DNA from: a virus
Length of the DNA: 64,000 nt
IMG/VR virus record: IMGVR_UViG_3300027810_000002
Coordinates: 96,001-160,000 of that record
Direction: 5' to 3' (one strand)
Shown here: positions 34,945-43,900 of the stretch, in pieces
How the letters are laid out: each line of letters starts with the position of its first letter
Numbering within the stretch: the first letter of the stretch is position 1
Translations under genes and position numbers: made by a program
Notes under the pieces: model-generated
Seen by the model: the letters and a program-made list of their open reading frames with translations, nothing else
What the model was told of the DNA's origin: nothing
Database searches by the model: none

Positions 34945-35376
34945 ATGGCAATACCTAAAATTTACAAGTACGGAATCGAAATCACAAAGCCTTGGTCTTC
35001 CGAGATGTATGATTTTAATCAAAACATCAAAGAATATTACCAAGATCAAATCAATGATCTGATAAACTCTCTCAAAGAAACGGAAGCTTGTAATTTTATC
35101 GCTGGGATAGTAAATCCATATAAATATGGAATGGGAACTTCTGATGATATTGAGTATATGAAATCAGATATGCTTAAGAACATCGAGAACGCCGAAAGCC
35201 ATTGGATGAAAGAGGTTATTGAAGAACTTTTGATCTTACAAAGAATTTACCCTATGATTTGCGAAGCTACTCCAGAAATGCCAGCAATTTCTCTATATGA
35301 TTTAGGAATTCCAATGAATATTATTGGATTTGAAACACGCGATGAGATCTTACTTTTGCGCGAAAGATATTCTTAA
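34945..35376 (+). CDS. Hypothetical protein
   Basis: 143 aa behind a promoter module. Confidence 0.7.
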   Translation: MAIPKIYKYGIEITKPWSSEMYDFNQNIKEYYQDQINDLINSLKETEACNFIAGIVNPYKYGMGTSDDIEYMKSDMLKNIENAESHWMKEVIEELLILQRIYPMICEATPEMPAISLYDLGIPMNIIGFETRDEILLLRERYS

Positions 35377-35390
35377 AAGCATTAATCCTT

Positions 35391-35472
35391 ATTTATAATC
35401 ATTATAAATAGGACTTTTTGTGAAAATAAATGTACAAAAGTTTTCATATATCAATAAAAAGTGTTATATTTA
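35391..35472 (+). promoter_or_regulatory. Early promoter module (palindrome plus TATATTTA)
   Basis: ATTTATAATCATTATAAAT centred at 35400; core at 35465; close copy of the minus-strand module at 25442-25523. Confidence 0.8.
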
Positions 35473-35495
35473 ATTATAATTAAAAAACAAACAAT

Positions 35496-35876
35496 ATGTC
35501 AATAAACAAAGTCTTAATTCACACACAGTACGAAGAAAATTACGGATTCCATGAAGGTAACTTTCATTGGAAGAAGAAAGGCGGTCATACATTTCAGATC
35601 GAGATGGATGCAGATCTTATGTTTTACTCTAATCCTGCTGAAGTTTTTAGTAAGATGCTAGAGAAGCACAACTCAGATCTTGAAAGATTTACATACGTTG
35701 ATCATGATATTCAGTTTCATTCACCTACTGTTCTTGGTAATCAAGACGAGTATATTGAGGCTAATCAATCAATAATAGATCACGAAGATATTCAAGATTT
35801 TGAAGAAGTTAATCACGTTATCGCTGGCGTTGATTTCTCAGAAAGTATTAACCAATTAAATAACCTTAAAATATAA
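35496..35876 (+). CDS. Hypothetical phage protein
   Basis: TQYEENYG...WKKKGG motif; acidic tail. Confidence 0.7.
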   Translation: MSINKVLIHTQYEENYGFHEGNFHWKKKGGHTFQIEMDADLMFYSNPAEVFSKMLEKHNSDLERFTYVDHDIQFHSPTVLGNQDEYIEANQSIIDHEDIQDFEEVNHVIAGVDFSESINQLNNLKI

Positions 35877-35880
35877 ACCC

Positions 35881-35991
35881 ATGAAAACTCCTAAACAATT
35901 AAGAGACAGTTATCGAATGGTCGGATTCAGTATAGTCGGACTTGCAATCATTTTAATATCATTAATAATCGCTGAAAATATATGTCTGTAG
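35881..35991 (+). CDS. Single-pass membrane microprotein (36 aa)
   Basis: MKTPKQLRDSYRMVGFSIVGLAIILISLIIAENICL. Confidence 0.5.
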   Translation: MKTPKQLRDSYRMVGFSIVGLAIILISLIIAENICL

Positions 35992-36206
35992 AAACTTTAT
36001 ATGCAATACCAAGTGTTAATTGTTTTATTAACGATGATTTGATTGTCTATCCAATGAACGATCGTAATGAACCAGACTTAAGTCAATGGAATGAATTAGA
36101 AAACTTAACATCTGAATTCGTTAATAAATTAAACACAGAAGACGATTCCCTTATCTCGGAACTAATATACTGGAAAGTTAGATTTTCAGAAAACATAAAC
36201 AATTAA
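35982..36206 (+). CDS. Small acidic hypothetical protein
   Basis: 74-aa ORF. Confidence 0.65.
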   Translation: MSVETLYAIPSVNCFINDDLIVYPMNDRNEPDLSQWNELENLTSEFVNKLNTEDDSLISELIYWKVRFSENINN

Positions 36207-36217
36207 AAAATAAAAAA

Positions 36218-36439
36218 ATGAAAATACCTAATTTTGAAACAGCATTATCAGAAACAGCAACACTTACAGAAATCGCTGGTTATATTTTTGACAACTATAA
36301 TAATGACCCACAATTTATTGCAGCACTTCGTGATGATAGCCAACCCTGGCCCGATGGAGTACAAGAAGTTCTAGATGCTCATGATGTTCTAGTAGAAGAA
36401 TTAATTGATTCTTTAGAAGTATACATTCAAACCTGTTAA
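36218..36439 (+). CDS. Small acidic hypothetical protein
   Basis: 73-aa ORF, last gene of the plus-strand island. Confidence 0.65.
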   Translation: MKIPNFETALSETATLTEIAGYIFDNYNNDPQFIAALRDDSQPWPDGVQEVLDAHDVLVEELIDSLEVYIQTC

Positions 36440-36440
36440 T

Positions 36441-36875
36441 CTACTCACAAATTAATTTCACTCTATTCTCCGCGTCAATTTCCCACAATCTGGATTTATA
36501 TGGCGTGGAGAAGGGGTATTTGGTACCTTTCCAAATAAAATATCCACCCTCTGTCTCCAAATCTCCACTATATATTTGATAAACATGTACCAATTCATGC
36601 ATTAGTGTTTTTTCTAATTGGTTGTCATCCCACATTGGATTTAGATCAACTATAAACCAACCACTCGAAAGCTCTCGGGTGATTCCTACAATCCTAGGAT
36701 AAAGAGGTGCGTATTTTATTATAACTATAGGTTGTGCAAAGAGAGGGCCCTTAAACATCTCACTGCAAATCTGCGAAGTGGCGGTTGTAATGTGTTTTTC
36801 TAGTCCTGTATCTGGTTTTAAAATTTGTCCGCTAACTTGTAATGAAAAAAGAATTGCGATAATAAATCTCCACAT
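36441..36875 (-). CDS. Secreted HExxH metallopeptidase-like protein
   Basis: Signal peptide; LMHELVHVYQ...LWEIDA. Confidence 0.7.
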   Translation of the reverse strand: MWRFIIAILFSLQVSGQILKPDTGLEKHITTATSQICSEMFKGPLFAQPIVIIKYAPLYPRIVGITRELSSGWFIVDLNPMWDDNQLEKTLMHELVHVYQIYSGDLETEGGYFIWKGTKYPFSTPYKSRLWEIDAENRVKLICE

Positions 36876-36877
36876 GT

Positions 36878-37333
36878 TTACTTGTATATTTTTAATTTCT
36901 TTATTGAATATAAGATACTGTGTGTTACGAAAAAGAAAACGGCAACCGTCTCAAACCAAAACAACGTAATTGCTGGTATTAGAAAGGCAGCACTGACGAT
37001 TGGAATCGCTAAATAATTAAAACGCTTGTCCTTAAATATGGTATATGTAGTGTATATGAAAAATCCAGCAGCAAATATATTGTGAGTCCATTCGTAATCA
37101 AATGTATTAAATAAAGCAACACCAATTAAGAGTAACCCAGAGATGATATTATCACTTATAAGGTAACTTATACCTAATAATAATAAACTAATCAATAAAA
37201 TATAAGTGGCCTCTGTTCCATGGTATACGCTGTATGAATACTTTACAGCTCCAGTTTTAAGATATAAAGCAAGAGGTAAGAATAACGCAGCAGCGGAACA
37301 AGTTAAGTTGATAAATATACCCAGTCTTTTCAA
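36878..37333 (-). CDS. Multi-pass membrane protein
   Basis: 151 aa with several hydrophobic segments. Confidence 0.7.
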   Translation of the reverse strand: MKRLGIFINLTCSAAALFLPLALYLKTGAVKYSYSVYHGTEATYILLISLLLLGISYLISDNIISGLLLIGVALFNTFDYEWTHNIFAAGFFIYTTYTIFKDKRFNYLAIPIVSAAFLIPAITLFWFETVAVFFFVTHSILYSIKKLKIYK

Positions 37334-37364
37334 TTTTGATAATGTCTTTAGATATCTATCAAAA

Positions 37365-38198
37365 TTATATGTCTAGTTTTTCAGAATTACTTAATAATTT
37401 TTTAATCTCTTGATAATTTTTATCAAAAGTGTCTGTGTTTGTGTAGTGACCTCCTTTATTATTGTCTATATTATATTGACTATTTCTTTTGCCATACATA
37501 GAGTGTCTCTCTGTCACGTATTCACTCCCAATAAACTTGTAGTGTAATAGTTTTAATGGTTCTTTTTTAAAGATATGTAGTAAATCATGCATGATATTCC
37601 ATTTTCCCCATCGATGTCCTTTGTATTCTCCTTCGGGTCTTACACTCTCAGGAACGACATGATAGATATCACCATTATATTTATTGCTCAAATATACTTC
37701 ATGCTGACCTCCTGCCCATTCAAATTCTTCTAATAGGTTTGGATTAATTAATATCGGTTTAGAATACCAAGGGTTAGGTACTCCTGTTTTGATTGAATCA
37801 TATATTTGTAGATCTTTATTTGGAAACTCATGACTAACCATATCAAACCCTGCTGGATAGAATACTGCCGTTTTTCCTAAATGATCTTCTAAAAACTGTG
37901 TAAGATTTGGATGGTAAATAAATTCATCACAATCGCCGATGATTGCATAATCGCATTTACCAACACAGTGTGCGATTGCACCGTGTTTAAGGCTCATGTG
38001 TTCCCCGTCATCAAAGGTTCCACCTGTGTTGAACGATATAATTTCAGTATTAGGATATGAGTTTATTATCTCCCTAGATCGGTCATCTGACTCGTTATCG
38101 AAGAATATCATCTTGTCGCAGAATTGAGAATAATGCCTTAAATAAAATTCTAGCATTTTCTCTTCATTCCATACTGTCGCGTAGCTCCAGATTTTCAT
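37365..38198 (-). CDS. Glycosyltransferase (GT-A, family-2-like)
   Basis: WNEEKML...HY...FDNESDDRS, GDCDEF (DxD), GQH, LLHYKF. Confidence 0.8.
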   Translation of the reverse strand: MKIWSYATVWNEEKMLEFYLRHYSQFCDKMIFFDNESDDRSREIINSYPNTEIISFNTGGTFDDGEHMSLKHGAIAHCVGKCDYAIIGDCDEFIYHPNLTQFLEDHLGKTAVFYPAGFDMVSHEFPNKDLQIYDSIKTGVPNPWYSKPILINPNLLEEFEWAGGQHEVYLSNKYNGDIYHVVPESVRPEGEYKGHRWGKWNIMHDLLHIFKKEPLKLLHYKFIGSEYVTERHSMYGKRNSQYNIDNNKGGHYTNTDTFDKNYQEIKKLLSNSEKLDI

Positions 38199-38201
38199 AA
38201 G

Positions 38202-38372
38202 TTACGTTTTTCTTAATAAGACTTCTATCATCTCATTGTTAGATCCATATATCGCAAGGTCTCTCATTCCTAAGGTTTCACCTTTTTTAATCCTATTCAC
38301 GATATCTTTAATAACTGCATATGAAACTTCACCAGTGTCGACATACTTCTGCCAAGCTTTATCAGACATCAT
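38202..38372 (-). CDS. Small hypothetical protein (56 aa)
   Basis: MMSDKAWQKYVDTGEV...LLRKT fills the gap exactly. Confidence 0.6.
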   Translation of the reverse strand: MMSDKAWQKYVDTGEVSYAVIKDIVNRIKKGETLGMRDLAIYGSNNEMIEVLLRKT

Positions 38373-38374
38373 GA

Positions 38375-39814
38375 TTATTTCATTTTAAATCCTAACTTAC
38401 CATTACCTGGATTAGGCGTAGATACGTTAGGTGCTTCGAAAGTTAATTTAGCATTGTCATCTCCAAATCCTTTTAGATAAAATAATACTTCTTCCGTTTT
38501 TAAAGAAACATCCATATATAATTGCTTTACTTCTAGTTTTGAAACTATCTTTCTTAAGGTATCTATGTATAAGTCTACGTCTCCTAATTTACCATTAAGT
38601 TTATCTATTAATTGAAGCGATAGTGGATATGATAAAAGACCTACGTATCTGTTTGCTTTTTCTAGTTTATCCCAGTCTACCTTCGCAAAAGATTTAACTC
38701 CTCTTCCTGCAACATCAACCAGTGGCTTTACATATTGATTAAAGAATTCTTCTTTTCCTATTGTATTTAATTTGTCTTGTATGAATGCTTCTAAAGCTTT
38801 GTGTTCTAATTCTACGTTGCCAACTAATTCTTTTAATTTAATTGCTGATGGAATTTGCATGAATTCTGCTCCTTTGATATATCCGTTGATTACACTATTA
38901 GATTCTACTATTTTAAATAGATCATATAGTTTAACTTCTGAATCTTCTGTAAAGTTTTCTGCTTTAAGATCTTTAATAATATTAGATAGTGTAGGTGCAG
39001 CTCCAGCTTTATATTTTGAAGAGATACCATATCCGTCGATATGGAAATCAACTAAAGGATTATTACCGGAAGGAAAAGATATCCCATCCGTTGTGTTTAC
39101 TATGTTTAGCATTAATGCGGCTCCTAGTATTTCTCCAAAGTCTTTTCCAATTGTATTTAAATCAGTTGCTCCTAAGGCATCAATAGCTTCTTTAATCTCT
39201 GCGTTGTATTTGATATTCTCAGTAAAAGGCCCTAATTCAGTTAATTCTATATTAGTATAAGAAGGAGTGTGATTAGCCACTAACATATATAATTCTGTCA
39301 AGAAAGAATTCATAAATGGATTCGATTTACTATATTTCTTTTTAATAACTCCAGATACAGCAGCATTTAATTTATTTAATTGCATTTGAGTATCTTCCGG
39401 TAACTTTAAAGAAGATGGTGTAAGTTCTTTAGATTTTATAGATCCTTTAGGAGGATTGTTATCAACCAATTTTACAGTATCTCCAGTGCTTATTTTTAAT
39501 GAAGATAATTTAGAATCTTTATTAAATGTAACTACGAATGTGGTGAATTTACCAGAATTAGCTCCATTAGCATAATCTCCAGCAGCAGCTGCTTCGATTG
39601 ATACATCTTGTTTTAATTTTTTAAAAGCGTTAGATATCTTTTTAATAGATTGCTTGTCTTCTCCACCAAGGTCAAATCTAAGATCCTTACCTCCGTTTTT
39701 GCTATTAATTCTACCGTCTCCTAATATTTTTTGTATAGAAGGGAATATTATTCCTTCGATAGTGGTAGCACGTTCATTCAGTGCCATTTCAAATAATGCT
39801 CTAATATCTCCCAT
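38375..39814 (-). CDS. Hypothetical protein, possible PD-(D/E)xK nuclease fold
   Basis: KDFGE...NPLVDF...ISSK resembles an E...D...SxK active site. Confidence 0.55.
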   Translation of the reverse strand: MGDIRALFEMALNERATTIEGIIFPSIQKILGDGRINSKNGGKDLRFDLGGEDKQSIKKISNAFKKLKQDVSIEAAAAGDYANGANSGKFTTFVVTFNKDSKLSSLKISTGDTVKLVDNNPPKGSIKSKELTPSSLKLPEDTQMQLNKLNAAVSGVIKKKYSKSNPFMNSFLTELYMLVANHTPSYTNIELTELGPFTENIKYNAEIKEAIDALGATDLNTIGKDFGEILGAALMLNIVNTTDGISFPSGNNPLVDFHIDGYGISSKYKAGAAPTLSNIIKDLKAENFTEDSEVKLYDLFKIVESNSVINGYIKGAEFMQIPSAIKLKELVGNVELEHKALEAFIQDKLNTIGKEEFFNQYVKPLVDVAGRGVKSFAKVDWDKLEKANRYVGLLSYPLSLQLIDKLNGKLGDVDLYIDTLRKIVSKLEVKQLYMDVSLKTEEVLFYLKGFGDDNAKLTFEAPNVSTPNPGNGKLGFKMK

Positions 39815-39818
39815 AATT

Positions 39819-40376
39819 TTATTTCTTTGCTAGGTGTGTTTTAATCTTAACGTCTTTAAGTTCTCTATCTAATTCTTTAATTAGTTTTATGTTATGTTTA
39901 TCATCATCGAAAAAAGTAATGTCAATATAACCCTGTTCTACAAAGTATCTCATTGCGTCTTTCTTTCTCTCTTGTATAGTTCCTGTTAATCCATGAATTG
40001 GATCGTTAACTGCCCAGATGAATTCTCTTTTAATATGAAATCCAACATGATAACGTAACCATTCATATATCATATTCTGGTCGTCTCGTGCTGTAATAAC
40101 TCCGATTGCTATTCCTTTTTTATAATTCTTTTTCAGAACATTAAAGTATTTATCAATCATCTTACCTGCCTTCATAATCTCTAAAGATTTGAATTGTTCA
40201 AAATCTAGTACATGGTTAGGGCTCTTTTCGTAATCGTTAAATTCCTCAGGAGTCAATTCATATCGCTCTCCTTTCTTTTTATCATATACTATAATCTTAG
40301 CGGCTGAAACCACAATAGTATCATCTAGATCGAAGATCAAGATTTTATCAGTTGTCATTTTTTCGTTAATCATCAT
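39819..40376 (-). CDS. HAD-superfamily phosphatase (true start possibly 40358)
   Basis: FDLDDT, ITAR, K, FFDDD motifs; promoter -10 abuts 40376. Confidence 0.8.
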   Translation of the reverse strand: MMINEKMTTDKILIFDLDDTIVVSAAKIIVYDKKKGERYELTPEEFNDYEKSPNHVLDFEQFKSLEIMKAGKMIDKYFNVLKKNYKKGIAIGVITARDDQNMIYEWLRYHVGFHIKREFIWAVNDPIHGLTGTIQERKKDAMRYFVEQGYIDITFFDDDKHNIKLIKELDRELKDVKIKTHLAKK

Positions 40377-40378
40377 GT

Positions 40379-40405
40379 ATTATATAACTTTGTTTTAAAA
40401 AGTTT
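40379..40405 (-). promoter_or_regulatory. AAAC-N17-TATAAT promoter
   Basis: taaac-tttttaaaacaaagtta-tataat. Confidence 0.65.
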
Positions 40406-40892
40406 ATGTTGGGCTTATTACATCTCCTTTATTTCCTTTATTACCGCCAGATGGACCACAAAGACCAGTTACTGTCGGGAATATTGATGGATCACTTACA
40501 ACAGCTGTTCCCATGATCTCATAACATGTAAGGTCGTTACTTACAGCTACAATCTGGTTAACAGCAAAGCTAGAATTTAATTGAGCATACGTGCTAAATC
40601 CATCACTAGTTCTTTCAATTGTAAACGCGTTATCAGTGACTGGTCCTCCACCTGAACTAGAACACGGTCCTTGTATTGCTGCAGTCATATTATTATTGCT
40701 AAAGGTCCATGCATAATTATCAACACATAACTGAAAAGAGTTTTGATTAGCTCCTAGTGTTAATGTCGATGGTTTTGAGCCACCACATATAGTGTAAGTT
40801 ACTGTTCCTCCGAAGAAACCTCCGTTAAATACAACACTTATACACGGGCTGATTGTTAGTTGCTCCTGTAAATGACCAAATACTGTTATCAT
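40404..40892 (-). CDS. Cys/Thr/Gly-rich putative virion protein
   Basis: 162 aa; TATAAATA at 40912-40919 upstream. Confidence 0.65.
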   Translation of the reverse strand: MITVFGHLQEQLTISPCISVVFNGGFFGGTVTYTICGGSKPSTLTLGANQNSFQLCVDNYAWTFSNNNMTAAIQGPCSSSGGGPVTDNAFTIERTSDGFSTYAQLNSSFAVNQIVAVSNDLTCYEIMGTAVVSDPSIFPTVTGLCGPSGGNKGNKGDVISPT

Positions 40893-40934
40893 AATATGCT
40901 TATTAATTTTATATTTATAATACGTTTTATCTAT

Positions 40935-43900
40935 TTACATTAAAAAACATGAACTGTGTGTTAGTGTAAGAGTTACTGTATATCCAATTCCTCCACCTGC
41001 TGATCCAGATTTAACTCTAATGCTATAGTGATTATCTTTAACTATTGCAGGAGAGGCCGATACAATAGATGAAACCATCTTCTGGTTACTAGGGTGTGTA
41101 TACTCGGTTACTACCACTACTGAATTTGCACTATCGTGTCTAATTAATTCAAAGATACATCCTTCACCATTAGCAGTTTGACCATAAGATGCACTAATAC
41201 CCGTTATATAGTAACCATTAGTGAAAGTTATTGGAATCTGAACAAATGAATTAGATATGTTTGTTGTTGTGTTTTGCGTACTATATGCTGTTGAATTTAT
41301 TCCAATGTATTCAGTACATGTAAATCCTGTATTTTCAGGTCCTTGTGTTCCTTGGAAACCTTTATCTCCTTTTAGACCTGTATCTCCTTGATCACCTATT
41401 CCTCCACCTGTTCCCGAGTCTCCTTTAGTTCCTTTTAATCCTTGGAATCCTTGGTCTCCAGCTCCTCCAGCAGAACCTTTCTCTCCTTGGAATCCTTGGT
41501 CTCCTTTAGTTCCTTTTAATCCTTGGAATCCTTGGTCTCCTTTAGTTCCTTTTAATCCTTGGAATCCTTGGTCTCCTTTAGTTCCTTTTAATCCTTGGAA
41601 TCCTTTAGCTCCTTGGAATCCTTTAGCTCCCTGGAATCCTTGATCTCCAGCTCCTCCAGCAGAACCTTTCTCTCCTTGGAATCCTTGATCTCCAGCTCCT
41701 CCAGCAGAACCTTTCTCTCCTTGGAATCCTTTATCTCCTTGGAATCCAGATCCTCCAGAAGATCCTTGGAAACCTTTATCTCCTTTTAGACCTTTATCTC
41801 CTTGGAATCCTTTATCTCCTTGGAATCCAGATCCTCCAGAAGATCCTTGGAAACCTTTATCTCCTTTTAATCCTTTCTCTCCTTGGAATCCTTGATCTCC
41901 AGCTCCTCCAGTAGATCCTTGGAAACCTTTATCTCCTTTTAGACCTTTATCTCCTTGGAATCCTTTATCTCCTTGGAATCCAGCTCCTCCGGTAGATCCT
42001 TGGAAACCTTTATCTCCTTTTAGACCTTTATCTCCTTGGAATCCTTGATCTCCAGCTCCTCCAGCAGAACCTTTCTCTCCTTGGAATCCTTGATCTCCAG
42101 CTCCTCCAGCAGAACCTTGGAAACCTTTATCTCCTTTTAGACCTTTATCTCCTTGGAATCCTTTATCTCCTTGGAATCCAGATCCTCCAGAAGATCCTTG
42201 GAAACCTTTATCTCCTTTTAGACCTTTATCTCCTTGGAATCCAGCTCCTCCAGTAGAACCTTGGAAACCTTTATCTCCTTTTAATCCTGTATCTCCTTGG
42301 AATCCTTGGTCTCCAGCTCCTCCAGTAGAACCTTTCTCTCCTTGGAATCCTTTATCTCCTTTTAATCCTGTATCTCCTTGGAATCCAGCTCCTCCAGTAG
42401 AACCTTGGAAACCTTTATCTCCTTTTAATCCTGTATCTCCTTGGAATCCTTGGTCTCCAGCTCCTCCAGTAGAACCTTTCTCTCCTTGGAATCCTTTATC
42501 TCCTTTTAATCCTGTATCTCCTTGGAATCCAGCTCCTCCAGTAGAACCTTGGAAACCTTTATCTCCTTTTAATCCTGTATCTCCTTGGAATCCTTGGTCT
42601 CCAGCTCCTCCAGTAGAACCTTTCTCTCCTTGGAATCCTTTATCTCCTTTTAATCCTGTATCTCCTTGGAATCCAGCTCCTCCAGTAGAACCTTGGAAAC
42701 CTTTATCTCCTTTTAGACCTTTATCTCCTTGGAATCCTTGGTCTCCAGCTCCTCCAGCAGAACCTTTCTCTCCTTGGAATCCTTGATCTCCAGCTCCTCC
42801 AGTAGAACCTTGGAAACCTTTATCTCCTTTTAGACCTTTATCTCCTTGGAATCCTTTATCTCCTTGGAATCCTTTATCTCCTTGGAATCCAGATCCTCCA
42901 GAAGATCCTTGGAAACCTTTATCTCCTTTTAATCCTGTATCTCCTTGGAATCCTTGATCTCCAGCTCCTCCCGTAGAACCTATAGTTCCTTGGAATCCTG
43001 TATCTCCTTGGAATCCTTGATCTCCAGCTCCTCCAGTAGAACCTTTCTCTCCTTGGAATCCAGCTCCTCCAGTAGAACCTTGGAAACCTTTATCTCCTTT
43101 TAGACCTTTATCTCCTTGGAAACCCTGGTCTCCAGCTCCTCCAGCAGAACCTTTCTCTCCTTGGAATCCTTTATCTCCTTTTAATCCTGTATCTCCTTGG
43201 AATCCTTGGTCTCCAGCTCCTCCAGTAGAACCTTTCTCTCCTTGGAATCCAGCTCCTCCAGTAGAACCTTGGAAACCTTTATCTCCTTTTAGACCTTTAT
43301 CTCCTTGGAATCCAGATCCTCCAGAAGATCCTTGGAAACCTGTATCTCCTTTTAGACCTTTATCTCCTTGGAATCCCTGATCTCCAGCTCCTCCCGTAGA
43401 ACCTGTAGCTCCTTGGAATCCTGTATCTCCTTGGAATCCCTGGGCTCCTCCTCCTCCAGTAGAACCATCTGATCCTTGGAATCCTTGAGTTCCATCTGAT
43501 CCTGTAATACTTGCACCATATACTTCGATTTCAATACCTAATTTAGAACTATTAGTTATAATTCCATATGTCGTAGAATTTCCATTAGGTACACATGTGA
43601 ATCCTGAAGTACCGTGTAATTGGAATGTCTTGTCAATTGGAATTCTTACAAAGTTTGTAAAGTCATCACAATCAATAAGAGTTATCATACCAATTAATTG
43701 ATTAACACTTGATGCGGATTTAACTGCGTTCAATGCTTGTGATACTGCTAATAATTGTTGCGATATTGCGCTATCTTGTTTACAGTTATCATAACCGTCT
43801 AAAGATACTGCCATGTCATGTATTGCATAACTTGAAGTTAACGCTCCAGTTGGGTTTAATGTACCATGATAGTTCCATGTTACTTTACTAGCAACTATAT

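Noticed and set aside
25442-35472. Repeated modules as a CRISPR array or integron attC sites
   Set aside because: Spacers are whole genes of variable length, repeats contain promoter cores at fixed distance from starts, and no cas or integrase gene is visible.
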